Assembly: GCA_051003195.1 (NCBI GenBank)
Contig: JBPCLP010000025.1
Span: 106,838 to 170,837 of the forward strand
Direction: 5' to 3'
Length of the DNA: 64,000 nt
Source: Candidatus Sumerlaeaceae bacterium
Lineage (GTDB): Bacteria; Sumerlaeota; Sumerlaeia; Sumerlaeales; Sumerlaeaceae
The notes under the pieces were generated by a model that saw nothing but the letters and a program-made list of their open reading frames with translations, made no database searches and was not told the DNA's origin. Position numbers and translations under genes: made by a program. Every line of letters starts with the position of its first letter. The stretch's first letter is position 1. This document shows, piece by piece, positions 29,133 to 38,321 of the stretch.

Positions 29133-30035
29133 ATGGCAGAGAATGAGTTTGAGCAGGTTGCTGTCCACTGCGTGGAGGAGATACTGTCGTTCCAGCACCT
29201 TGCCAACGCGATGGAGGAAACTCTGACGGAGTGGAACTCCAAGCTGCACGAGAAGATTGTTGAGTATAACAACCACTGGGACGAGATAAAGGACGCTCAC
29301 GATCAGCTGGTAACTACGCTCAAAGATGAGGTGCAGGAGCAAAGCGAAGAACTGGGTAAGATAACCGGCGAAATCGAAGCGGCGTCCAACTCGCTGCACC
29401 AGCTTCTCGCCAAGGCAACGGAGCAGAAATTTGTTCTGGAGGAGGCGACCCGTATTTTCGGCACGTCTCTAAAAGATTACTTCGAGAAGCACAAGGATCG
29501 CCAGGCCAAACAGGCAGACGCTCACCACCAGCTCATCAGCGCCTACGAAGAGAACGGTGCGGAAGTCGAGCAAGCGGACGAGACGATTGGGTCACTACTC
29601 AGCGGCTTTGCCGCGAAGGTTACGGAGCACTCCGAACACACTGGCGAGCGGATGGCCCACATGCACGAGCAGCTGGATCAGCACGCCGAGCTGGCCGGCC
29701 ACGAATACGAAACACTGGCACAGCAGCTGGACGAGGTGCACGAAGGCGCCCGGCAAAAGCTGACGGAGCACCAGGAAGAGCTGTTGGGGTCGTGCATCGA
29801 AGTTGCCGGGATGCTGGAAGAGGGGCTCTCGCAGAGCGTCGGCCTGCTTGCCGAGGCCGCCGAGGCGCTTGGTGCAGATTTCAGCGGTCTTCGTGAAAAG
29901 GTGGAGGAGATCGCCAGCAACCTGCAGGAATCTGCGGATGACGTCCACGGCGAGCTGCACGCCACCGCACAGGGGCTGGAGAAATCCGTGGAGACCCTGG
30001 GCGGACTACAGAAGCTTCTGGAAAAATTTAGCTGA
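29133..30035 (+). CDS. Uncharacterised acidic alpha-helical protein 4
   Basis: 300 aa; GAGGGAG RBS; E/H-rich. Confidence 0.85.
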   Translation: MAENEFEQVAVHCVEEILSFQHLANAMEETLTEWNSKLHEKIVEYNNHWDEIKDAHDQLVTTLKDEVQEQSEELGKITGEIEAASNSLHQLLAKATEQKFVLEEATRIFGTSLKDYFEKHKDRQAKQADAHHQLISAYEENGAEVEQADETIGSLLSGFAAKVTEHSEHTGERMAHMHEQLDQHAELAGHEYETLAQQLDEVHEGARQKLTEHQEELLGSCIEVAGMLEEGLSQSVGLLAEAAEALGADFSGLREKVEEIASNLQESADDVHGELHATAQGLEKSVETLGGLQKLLEKFS

Positions 30036-30085
30036 CGCTGGCTACTGGAGCGCGCGTCCGTTTTCTCTCCCGCCGATCATTTCTG

Positions 30086-31318
30086 GTGTCGAGCGCAACG
30101 GCTGCGGCGGCGATGGCATCGATGTCCTTTCACGCCGTGGAGCCGCATCGTAAGCGCGTTGCTGTTATTGGCACCGAGATGCGCCGCCATTCGCATGCGC
30201 AGCATTTCATCGATCGGCTTCTTCTCGGCTACACATGGGCGGGAGAGTGGCGCATCCCAGAGGTCGAACTTGTCTCGATCTACATGGACCAGTTCCCCGA
30301 CGGCGATCTTGTCCGCGCACGGGCGCAGGAGCATTGTGTTACGATCTACCCGAGCGTTGCCGAGGCGCTTACCCTGGGTACGTCGACGCTGGCGGTAGAC
30401 GGAGTCCTGATCATCGGCGAACACGGCAATTATCCGCGAAACGATAAAGGCCAAACGCTTTATCCGCGCTATGAATTCTTTAAGCAGGTAACGAAAGTGT
30501 TCGAGTCGAGCGGTCGGAGCGTTCCGATCTTCAACGACAAACATTTGTCGACAGAATGGTCGAAATGCGCGGAAATGGTTGCGGAATCAAAGAGGCTGGG
30601 ATTCGTGTTCATGGCGGGCTCTTCGTTGCCGTTCACGCGGCGGATGCCGGCCGTAGATGTGCCAACCGATACTCCGCTTACCGAAAGCGTATGCGCGGGA
30701 TATGGCGAAGCAGACAGCTACGACTTTCATGGCCTGGAGGCAGCACAATGCATGTCGGAACGCCGGAAAGGCGGTGAAGTGGGAATCTGGCGCGTAACGG
30801 CATTACGCGGGGAAGCGATGTGGGAGCATGCCGCCTCGCGGCCCTCGACTGTGCGTTTGCTCGAGGCCGCGCTCACGCGAAGCCACACCCTTCCCGTCGA
30901 GCTTGGGTATCTTGCGCATGCAATCACGTTTGAATGGGTGCGCAGCGTTTTTCCGCAGGCTTGGGCATACTTCATTGAGCACCGCGACGGGTTTCATACG
31001 ACGCTGTTCATGTTACCGATCCAGGATTTCAATTACGCCGGACTGAACGGCAGTACCGGACAAATCATCTCCTGCCAGATGTACCTTCCCATGCCGCTAC
31101 GCGGATCCACAACGGCGGATTTTTTCAACCCGCAGATCCGAACTGTCGAGCGCATGGTTGTCGAGAATGCCGCGCCAAATCCAGTCGAACGGACGCTGCT
31201 GACATCCGGAATGACACTGGCGGGCGTGGAATCACTGCACCGCGGCGAGCGGGTTGACACTCCCGAAATGGATGTGCGCTATACGGCACAGAAAGAATCG
31301 TTGTACTGGCGCGATTAA
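30086..31318 (+). CDS. Conserved oxidoreductase-like (Gfo/Idh/MocA-related) protein, probable Tat substrate; start uncertain
   Basis: VDGVLIIGEHGNYP, FNDKHLS, MAGSSLP, YDFHGLE; in-frame SRRSFL lies just upstream of the GTG. Confidence 0.7.
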   Translation: MSSATAAAAMASMSFHAVEPHRKRVAVIGTEMRRHSHAQHFIDRLLLGYTWAGEWRIPEVELVSIYMDQFPDGDLVRARAQEHCVTIYPSVAEALTLGTSTLAVDGVLIIGEHGNYPRNDKGQTLYPRYEFFKQVTKVFESSGRSVPIFNDKHLSTEWSKCAEMVAESKRLGFVFMAGSSLPFTRRMPAVDVPTDTPLTESVCAGYGEADSYDFHGLEAAQCMSERRKGGEVGIWRVTALRGEAMWEHAASRPSTVRLLEAALTRSHTLPVELGYLAHAITFEWVRSVFPQAWAYFIEHRDGFHTTLFMLPIQDFNYAGLNGSTGQIISCQMYLPMPLRGSTTADFFNPQIRTVERMVVENAAPNPVERTLLTSGMTLAGVESLHRGERVDTPEMDVRYTAQKESLYWRD

Positions 31319-31374
31319 TGGCGGACGGCACACGGAGTGCGCCTGCTACTATCCCGAAGTGGAAAGTTGAACTC

Positions 31375-33057
31375 ATGAAACAATTGCTGATCTCTTTTTT
31401 GATAATCACCGCGGGTGGATGCCGGCTGCCGGCCGCAGAAGTGATAAATGTGGTTCCACTGCCGGCGCAGTTCCGGGTATCCGGCGAACCGTTTATACTT
31501 AACGCGTCGACGCGGCTGCTGCACGGTAGTGGCAGTGGTTCATCGGAGACAGCGGGACTGCTGGCGGACCAGCTTCGCATGGTGACAGGGTTTCCGATCG
31601 CCACGGGGCTGTATGAGAGTGGTACAACTGCCACAAACGCGATTACCCTGACGACGGACGGCGCGGACACTGCACTTGGCGAGGAGGGTTATGAGCTGAT
31701 CTGCTCGGCGCAGCACATCGTAGTACGTGCTCCACGCGAGGCGGGTTTATTTTACGGCACACAGACGCTGCGCCAGCTTCTGCCGCCGCAGGTCGAATCC
31801 AGGACAACTTCCACTGTCGCGATGCAATGGCAGGTCCCCGGCGTTCGAATCTGGGACCGTCCCCGGTTCGGGTACCGCGGGTTTATGCTCGATTCGAGCC
31901 GCTACCTGCAAAGCGAGGAATTCGTGCGGCGCACTATCGACCTGATGGCATACCATAAGCTGAACCGCTTTCACTGGCACCTGACGGATGATCCGGGCTG
32001 GAGGCTGGAGATAAAGAAGTATCCGAAGCTGACATCCGTGGGCGCATGGCGCGAACAGCACGGCGGCTATGGCGGCTTCTTTACACAAGACCAGGTCCGC
32101 AGCATCGTTGCCTACGCCGCGCAGCGGCAGATCACGGTCATTCCGGAGATTGAGATGCCCGGTCACAGCGCCGCGGCCGTGGCATCGTATCCGCAGATCA
32201 CGTGCGATCCTGTTCCCGATGCGGCTGCCACGAAAGTGGGAGGTGGTATCAACACGTACTGCCCCGGCAAACCGGAGACGTTCGAGTTTATCGAGAATAC
32301 CCTGACGGAAGTGCTCGATCTGTTTCCATCTGCCGTTATTCACATCGGCGGCGATGAATGCAGCAAGGAGCGCTGGAAAGTGTGTCCGCGCTGCCAGGCG
32401 GTGATGCAGCGCGAATCCCTCGCCAGCGAGGAAGCGCTTCAAAGCTGGTTTACCGGGAAAGTTGCCGCGTTTCTTCGCAGCAAGGGTCGGAGACTGATGG
32501 GCTGGAATGAGATTATGCAGGGGGGCAGCCTGCCGAAGGATGCCATAGTGCACCAGTGGAACGATGACGAGGCTTCCATTAAAGCCGCGCGTGCCGGGAA
32601 CGACGTGGTCGTATCGCGGGCAGCATGGACGTATTTTGATCACGCCTGGGATCGCGAGTCGCTGACGGGGCTTCACAACCTTCTTAAAATCCAGGGTGTA
32701 GGAGAACCGGAAAAGACGGGGTACGGGATCACGCCGCTGCGAAGGGTGTACGAATCGGACCCGGTCCCGCCCGGGCTCACCCCAGCCGAAGCCGCGCACA
32801 TTCTTGGAGAGCAAGCGCAGCTGTGGACAGAGCTGCGCGCTACGGACGCGGCCGCGGATCAATACATCTGGCCTCGCCTCGTCGCACTGGCAGAGGCCTC
32901 GTGGTCCCCTCGCGAAAAGCTGGACTGGAAGGGTTTCACAAACCGGCTTAAATCCGCGCACTTCGAACGGCTTGCGTTGCGCGGACTCGGGAATGCTTCT
33001 ACGGGCTCCGACACTATCGTGCAAAGCCTCACACTGCGATCGGGCTTCGAAGACTGA
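31375..33057 (+). CDS. Beta-N-acetylhexosaminidase (GH20)
   Basis: DRPRFGYRGFMLD, FHWHLTDD, IPEIEMPGH, HIGGDE, QLWTE, WPRL. Confidence 0.95.
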   Translation: MKQLLISFLIITAGGCRLPAAEVINVVPLPAQFRVSGEPFILNASTRLLHGSGSGSSETAGLLADQLRMVTGFPIATGLYESGTTATNAITLTTDGADTALGEEGYELICSAQHIVVRAPREAGLFYGTQTLRQLLPPQVESRTTSTVAMQWQVPGVRIWDRPRFGYRGFMLDSSRYLQSEEFVRRTIDLMAYHKLNRFHWHLTDDPGWRLEIKKYPKLTSVGAWREQHGGYGGFFTQDQVRSIVAYAAQRQITVIPEIEMPGHSAAAVASYPQITCDPVPDAAATKVGGGINTYCPGKPETFEFIENTLTEVLDLFPSAVIHIGGDECSKERWKVCPRCQAVMQRESLASEEALQSWFTGKVAAFLRSKGRRLMGWNEIMQGGSLPKDAIVHQWNDDEASIKAARAGNDVVVSRAAWTYFDHAWDRESLTGLHNLLKIQGVGEPEKTGYGITPLRRVYESDPVPPGLTPAEAAHILGEQAQLWTELRATDAAADQYIWPRLVALAEASWSPREKLDWKGFTNRLKSAHFERLALRGLGNASTGSDTIVQSLTLRSGFED

Positions 33058-33095
33058 TTGCGCACTGTTGCGCAAGCTATCAGGGGCAAGGAACT

Positions 33096-34547
33096 ATGAT
33101 AACCACACGACCATTGATCGGGTTGCTGTTTGCCATGTTTGCGTCCACAGCGTGTGCTGCAGCTTCAAAGCCAAATGTTCTGTTCGTGCTTACGGACGAC
33201 CAGCGGTGGGACGCGCTGGGAGTGGTGCAGCGCGAGATGGGCGAGCGCGGGCGATTCCCCTGGCTGGAGACGCCGAATATGGACCGCCTGGCGGCGGGCG
33301 GAGTTCGGTTCCGAAATGCATTTGTCACTTCCCCGCTGTGCGCACCCAGTCGTGCGGTGTTCATGACGGGACGATACAATCACGTGAACGGCGTCGCGAA
33401 TAACCACACGTTTTTTCCCGGCGGAGATAACACACTGCAGAGCCAACTGCACGATGCTGGATACATAACGGGTCATTTCGGCAAGTGGCATATGGGCGGA
33501 CAGCGGGGCAAGCGGCCCGGGTTCGATTATTCGGCGAGCTTCATCGGCCAGGGAAAATACTGGAACTGTCCGTTCGAGATTAATGGCGAAACGACACAGA
33601 CGCAGGGCTGGGTGGACGACGTGTCGACGAGTTTCACGATTGCCTGGATACGCGAACAGAAGGATAAACCGTTCTTCGCCATGGTCGGATATAAGGCACC
33701 GCACGGTCCGCACGATCCGCCGGAGCGGGCGAAAAACCGATTCCCGGACGCGGAGGCACGGCCGGTGCCGAATCTTCACACGCGCGCGATTTTCCGGGTG
33801 GATGAGCAGACCACAGTTCCAAGGAAACGGGCTGGCGGTGCCAATCTGCCGCATTTCCGCAGCCTCTCGGCGGTAGATGATTCGCTTGGCGAACTGCTGG
33901 CCGCGCTGGATGACCTTGGGTTGACCGATAACACCGTGGTGGTGTTCGCGGGCGATAACGGCTACTATCATGGCGAGCATGGCATCGGCGATAAGCGATC
34001 GCTCTACGAGGAATCGCTCCGCATTCCGTTTCTCGTGAGATACCCGAATGGCTTTCCCAAAGGGAAGACGAACGACTCAATGGTGCTGAACATGGATCTC
34101 GCGCCGACGCTGCTGGAATTGGCAGGCGCAGGCATTCCAAAGCAAATGCAGGGCAAGAGCCTGCTGCCCCTGCTGACCGGGAAAAACGTGGAATGGCGGA
34201 ACTCATTTCTTGCGGAGTACTTCGAGGAGAAGGGATTCCCTACGACACCGAACGTAGTCGCCGTTCGAACCGCAGATGCAAAGCTGATCCAATACCCAGG
34301 GCACGACGAGTGGACTGAACTTTTCGACCTGAGGCGGGACCCTTACGAAACAAAGAATCTCATCGGCGAGGCGCAGAGCAGGGATCTCTTGAAGCGCATG
34401 CAGTCGGAATTTGATCGCCAGGTGAAGACGACCGAATACCGGATGCCCGACTACGCAGACAATCGCGGTACGACGGTAACCGCGGAGGCTGCGGACGCTG
34501 CAGACGTTGCGAAACCGGGGAAACAGCGCAAGCGCAAGTTACGTTGA
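33096..34547 (+). CDS. Sulfatase (Cys-type S1)
   Basis: PNVLFVLTDDQ, CAPSRA..MTG, GKWHMG, GDNG, DLAPT. Confidence 0.95.
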   Translation: MITTRPLIGLLFAMFASTACAAASKPNVLFVLTDDQRWDALGVVQREMGERGRFPWLETPNMDRLAAGGVRFRNAFVTSPLCAPSRAVFMTGRYNHVNGVANNHTFFPGGDNTLQSQLHDAGYITGHFGKWHMGGQRGKRPGFDYSASFIGQGKYWNCPFEINGETTQTQGWVDDVSTSFTIAWIREQKDKPFFAMVGYKAPHGPHDPPERAKNRFPDAEARPVPNLHTRAIFRVDEQTTVPRKRAGGANLPHFRSLSAVDDSLGELLAALDDLGLTDNTVVVFAGDNGYYHGEHGIGDKRSLYEESLRIPFLVRYPNGFPKGKTNDSMVLNMDLAPTLLELAGAGIPKQMQGKSLLPLLTGKNVEWRNSFLAEYFEEKGFPTTPNVVAVRTADAKLIQYPGHDEWTELFDLRRDPYETKNLIGEAQSRDLLKRMQSEFDRQVKTTEYRMPDYADNRGTTVTAEAADAADVAKPGKQRKRKLR

Positions 34548-34583
34548 TCACGTGATGTTCAGCCGGCGCGATACTGTGCGAGA

Positions 34584-34781
34584 CTAGTGCGGTGTCCCAT
34601 AGATTCGTTACCTATTTTCAGTTTCCGGCGCCCCTTCAGGGCGCGAAACATGGGGCGCCGTAACACAGGGCTGCGGATTCCAAAAAGCCGGAATCCTGAC
34701 CCTGGGCTGAGTTCCGCTGCACCTTCGGTGCAAAAAACTTTAGCCGGAATTCTGCGGCGAATTTCAGGGACAACGCACAAG
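34584..34781 (+). mobile_element. MITE family B, copy 1 (REP-like core in CTAGTG-type TIRs)
   Basis: Starts CTAGTGCGGTGTCCC, ends GGGACAACGCACAAG; core GCGCCCCTTCAGGGCGC...CCCTGGGCT...GCACCTTCGGTGC. Confidence 0.75.
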
Positions 34782-34807
34782 TCGTCGGAGTGGGGCTCTG
34801 AATGCTG

Positions 34808-36151
34808 CTACAGAGACTGTAGAGCGTCACGTGTGACTTGAAGCGTGTGGTCGATATCTTCTTCCGTGTGCGATGCGCTGATGGATCCCTGCTTCGCGGG
34901 AATGGGAAAATGGTAAATGCCGCGGTGTATGAGCGCGGCACGGTAGGCGCGGTCGAAGTCTGCGTTGTGGTTTTCCGCCATGTCGTGCCAGTCGCGCGGG
35001 ATGTGATCGCAAAAATACACGCAGAATGCCGAACCTATGCGGCTGATCTGCACGGTGATGCCTTTCGCGGCGAAGAGTTCCTGCAGTCCATTCTGCAGGC
35101 GCGCGCCAAGTGATTCGAGTTTGGCGTACACCGCGCCGCCGTCGCGCTGAAGCTCCTGGATGGTGGCGATGGACGCGGCGACCGGTACCGGGTGCCCGTT
35201 AAACGTACCCGCGATGAGCACGCGCTTCTTCGGGTCGGCGTCGTCGAACTGCATCATGATGTCTTCGCGCCCACCGATCACACCGATGGGATGTCCGTTG
35301 GCGACTGCCTTGCCGAAAACCGAGAGGTCGGGCCGCACGCCGGCGATGGACTGGTATCCGCCGAGCGCACTGCGAAAACCGGTCTTTACTTCGTCAAAAA
35401 CCAGCATTGCTCCATGCCGGTCACACAGTTCGCGCAGTGACTCGAGATAGCCGGGCTGTGGCGGGATGACTCCGACGTTCTGGAGTACCGGCTCGGTGAG
35501 AATGCAGGCTATGGGGTACTTCTTCATTACGTACTCCACGGAATCGGCATCGTTAAAGTTGACGATGTGCACCAGCCGGCGGGTTCCCTCGGGAATTCCC
35601 GCAGACATGCTGATGAATGGGTATTCGCCGGCGGTGACGCGCGGGCCGATTTCCGAAAGCGCCGGACTGACCTGTCGCGCGACCTCGTTGTGCCAGCCGT
35701 TGTATCCGCCCAGTGTAAGTATGATGTCGTCGCGGCCGGTCCATGCGCGGCTGAGACGGATCGCATGCGCGGTGGCTTCCGTCCCGGTATTCGTAAGCTG
35801 CACACGTTCAAGGGACGGAACTGCGGCGCACAACATATCGCCAAGCTGTGCTTCCCATGGCGTAGTCCCGCTGCCCATGAGGCTCCAGCCTTCGTCCATG
35901 GCGCGGCGCACCGCGTCGTTTACTACCGGAACATTGTGTCCCAGCAAATGCGGCGCGAACGCGGCGTGGTAGTCGATGTACTCATTGCCATCGGCGTCCC
36001 AGATCTTCGATCCCTGTCCACGTACAAACGAAATTCTTGGCGTGGTTTTGCGGTTGAGCGACACAACGCCGCCGGCGATCGACTCGCACGCGCGCTGGTA
36101 AAGTGCTTCGGACTTTGGATATTCTGTAATCTGCGGGTTTGATTCCGTCAC
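34808..36151 (-). CDS. Class III aminotransferase, glutamate-1-semialdehyde aminomutase-like
   Basis: DADGNEYIDY, NTGTEAT, FDEVKTGFR, FGKAVANG, GTFNGHP. Confidence 0.88.
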   Translation of the reverse strand: MTESNPQITEYPKSEALYQRACESIAGGVVSLNRKTTPRISFVRGQGSKIWDADGNEYIDYHAAFAPHLLGHNVPVVNDAVRRAMDEGWSLMGSGTTPWEAQLGDMLCAAVPSLERVQLTNTGTEATAHAIRLSRAWTGRDDIILTLGGYNGWHNEVARQVSPALSEIGPRVTAGEYPFISMSAGIPEGTRRLVHIVNFNDADSVEYVMKKYPIACILTEPVLQNVGVIPPQPGYLESLRELCDRHGAMLVFDEVKTGFRSALGGYQSIAGVRPDLSVFGKAVANGHPIGVIGGREDIMMQFDDADPKKRVLIAGTFNGHPVPVAASIATIQELQRDGGAVYAKLESLGARLQNGLQELFAAKGITVQISRIGSAFCVYFCDHIPRDWHDMAENHNADFDRAYRAALIHRGIYHFPIPAKQGSISASHTEEDIDHTLQVTRDALQSL

Positions 36152-36369
36152 CTGATTAGACCCTCAGCAATACTCACGCATTCCGGAAGTGGCTCACCAT
36201 CCTGAAGCATTATTTCGATCGAGAGCTGCGCCACTTCCTGCATATTTCGAATGGCTTCATCCTTTGATGTGCCGGAGGTAGCCCAGCCCTGGCCTTCCAA
36301 TCCAGGAACATACGCGAGCCATTTGTCCTCATCGGGTTCGACTCGAATGGGAAAAGTGTATGTCTTCAT
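36148..36369 (-). CDS. HicB-like antitoxin (short, no HicA partner seen)
   Basis: WLAYVPGLEG..ATSGTSKDEAIRNMQE...GEPLP; AAGGAG RBS. Confidence 0.8.
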   Translation of the reverse strand: MKTYTFPIRVEPDEDKWLAYVPGLEGQGWATSGTSKDEAIRNMQEVAQLSIEIMLQDGEPLPECVSIAEGLIR

Positions 36370-36440
36370 CGGTACTCCTTCGCTTTAACTACGATATGCC
36401 GTATGCCAGCCGATAATCACATGCACCGAGTGTACCAATG

Positions 36441-36672
36441 CTAGTGAGGTGTCCCAGAGATTCATAACGAAATTTGCGCGCTTTCCGGCGCCCCTTCAGG
36501 GCGCGATGTAATTGTACCGATATCCCAGGGCTGCGTCGGCCACAAAAAGCCGTGGCCTCCTTACCCTGGGCTCTGTCCCGCTGCACCTTCGGTGCAAAAA
36601 ACCTGAGGGCTGCGAATTCCAAAAAGCTGGAATCCTGGAAGTATGCCGCGAAATTCTAAGACAGCATACGAG
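36441..36672 (+). mobile_element. MITE family B, copy 2
   Basis: Starts CTAGTGAGGTGTCCC, same REP-like core as 34584-34781, degenerate right end. Confidence 0.7.
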
Positions 36673-36688
36673 TGTATCGAGCATTGCG

Positions 36689-37867
36689 TCACCAGTCGCC
36701 AACGCTGCCGTCGGGATAGAATGTGCGCTGCAGGACTTCCTGCTGGAACGGGTGTTTTTTCACTTCGGTTTCGTTGATCTCAATCCCAAGGCCGGGTCGA
36801 TTGCCGGGGCGTACAATGCGGCCCTTCTTCTCCACGGTGAAGGCTTCGCTGACGACATCCTGCCGCCATGGCACATCCATGTGCACCGTTTCGCAGATGA
36901 TGTAAGATGGCGTGGCGAAGCCGAACTCGAGCGAGGCTGCAGTGCTAACGGGCCCCTGCGGATTATGCGGCGCGACGGCCATGCGATAGGCCTCGGCCAT
37001 GGCAGCGATGCGGCGCGCTTCGGTGAGGCCGCCGCAATGCGTGATATCGGGCTGGATGACGCTGCACGCGCGACGCTCGAACAGCTCGCGGAACGCATGA
37101 ACGGTGACGAGGCGCTCGCCGGTGGCGATGGGTGTGGTGACTGCGCGCTGGATGAGGGCGATATCTTCGATGGTCTCCGGCCAGCACGGCTCTTCCAACC
37201 AGTAGAGCCCGTAGGGTTCGAGCGATTTGGCGAACATCATTCCCATGCGAGGGGAGGGGCGCGCGTGACAATCGACCATCAGGTCTATGTCGTCGCCCAC
37301 GGCTTCGCGCATCGCGGCAACGCACTTCTCGGCGTAGCGGATAGGGCGCAGGCCTTCCAGCGGCATGGTTTCCGGCACCGCCATTGTTTTCATCGCGGTA
37401 AAGCCATCTTCCACGGCCTGCTTCGCGAGATCGGCAAATCGACCGGCATCGGATGGCGATGTCTCGTAGAAATCCTCCATCCGACCGCCGCCAAGGTGCG
37501 AGTACGTGCGGATGTAGTCGCGCACGGGTCCGCCCCAGAGCTTGTGGCAGGGAACGCCGTGGACTTTTCCGACGATGTCCCACAAGGCGATGTCGATGCC
37601 GCTGATGGCGGTGCCGCGGACGATTCCGTTGCCATGCCAGAAATGCTGGCGGTACATCATCTGCCACAGGTGCTCGACGCGGGTGGGGTCTTCGCCGATC
37701 AGCAGTTGCGAGATGTCCTCGATAGCGCCGACGACGGCGCGCGTGTGCCACTCCAGCGTCGCCTCGCCCCAGCCAATCAGACCGGGCTGGTCGGTGACGA
37801 CTTTTACGAAGATCCAGTTGCGCATGCGGGCGTTGCAAACGAGGGTTTCGATGGCGGTAATTTTCAT
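36689..37867 (-). CDS. dgoD: Galactonate dehydratase-like enolase superfamily enzyme
   Basis: [56 protein letters not shown]. Confidence 0.8.
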   Translation of the reverse strand: MKITAIETLVCNARMRNWIFVKVVTDQPGLIGWGEATLEWHTRAVVGAIEDISQLLIGEDPTRVEHLWQMMYRQHFWHGNGIVRGTAISGIDIALWDIVGKVHGVPCHKLWGGPVRDYIRTYSHLGGGRMEDFYETSPSDAGRFADLAKQAVEDGFTAMKTMAVPETMPLEGLRPIRYAEKCVAAMREAVGDDIDLMVDCHARPSPRMGMMFAKSLEPYGLYWLEEPCWPETIEDIALIQRAVTTPIATGERLVTVHAFRELFERRACSVIQPDITHCGGLTEARRIAAMAEAYRMAVAPHNPQGPVSTAASLEFGFATPSYIICETVHMDVPWRQDVVSEAFTVEKKGRIVRPGNRPGLGIEINETEVKKHPFQQEVLQRTFYPDGSVGDW

Positions 37868-37909
37868 GAAAGCAATCGCCGCAAAAAAGCACAAAGGGCA
37901 CAAAAAGGA

Positions 37910-38284
37910 TCAGGATAGAACATATTTTTTTATCTCCAGTTTGGGTCCGCCGAAGTTTATGAGCAGTCCGTGCTCAATACGGCAGGCTCTGAGATATCCA
38001 AGAAGTTGGGCTACATGTTCGTCGATAATCGCTCTACATGCTTTTAATTCAACAACGAGACACTGCTCAACAAACAGATCGACCGCGTAGGACCCCAGTA
38101 GAGTGCCGTCTTCGTCATATACGCTAAGAGGATACTGCTGCTCAACCTGGAGTCCTAGCTTACGTAACCGGTTTGCAAATCCATTCTCGTATATTTTCTC
38201 AAGATGCCCATTTTTATGGTAAGTATGAAGTGCGAAGCTTGTTTCGCGAACCTGATCGCAAAGAAGAACAATTGGATCCTTCAT
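37910..38284 (-). CDS. GxxExxY protein (PD-(D/E)XK-like)
   Basis: GHLEKIY, DLFVE, VVELKA, AQLLGYL, GLLINFG; flanked by 31-bp inverted repeats. Confidence 0.93.
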   Translation of the reverse strand: MKDPIVLLCDQVRETSFALHTYHKNGHLEKIYENGFANRLRKLGLQVEQQYPLSVYDEDGTLLGSYAVDLFVEQCLVVELKACRAIIDEHVAQLLGYLRACRIEHGLLINFGGPKLEIKKYVLS

Positions 38285-38321
38285 GATGTGCCCTTTTTGT
38301 GACTTTTGTGCCTTTTTGTGG

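Noticed and set aside
36512..37918. 468-aa plus-strand ORF (likewise 31747-33075 minus and similar long overlaps)
   Set aside because: Antisense shadows of well-supported genes in GC-rich DNA.
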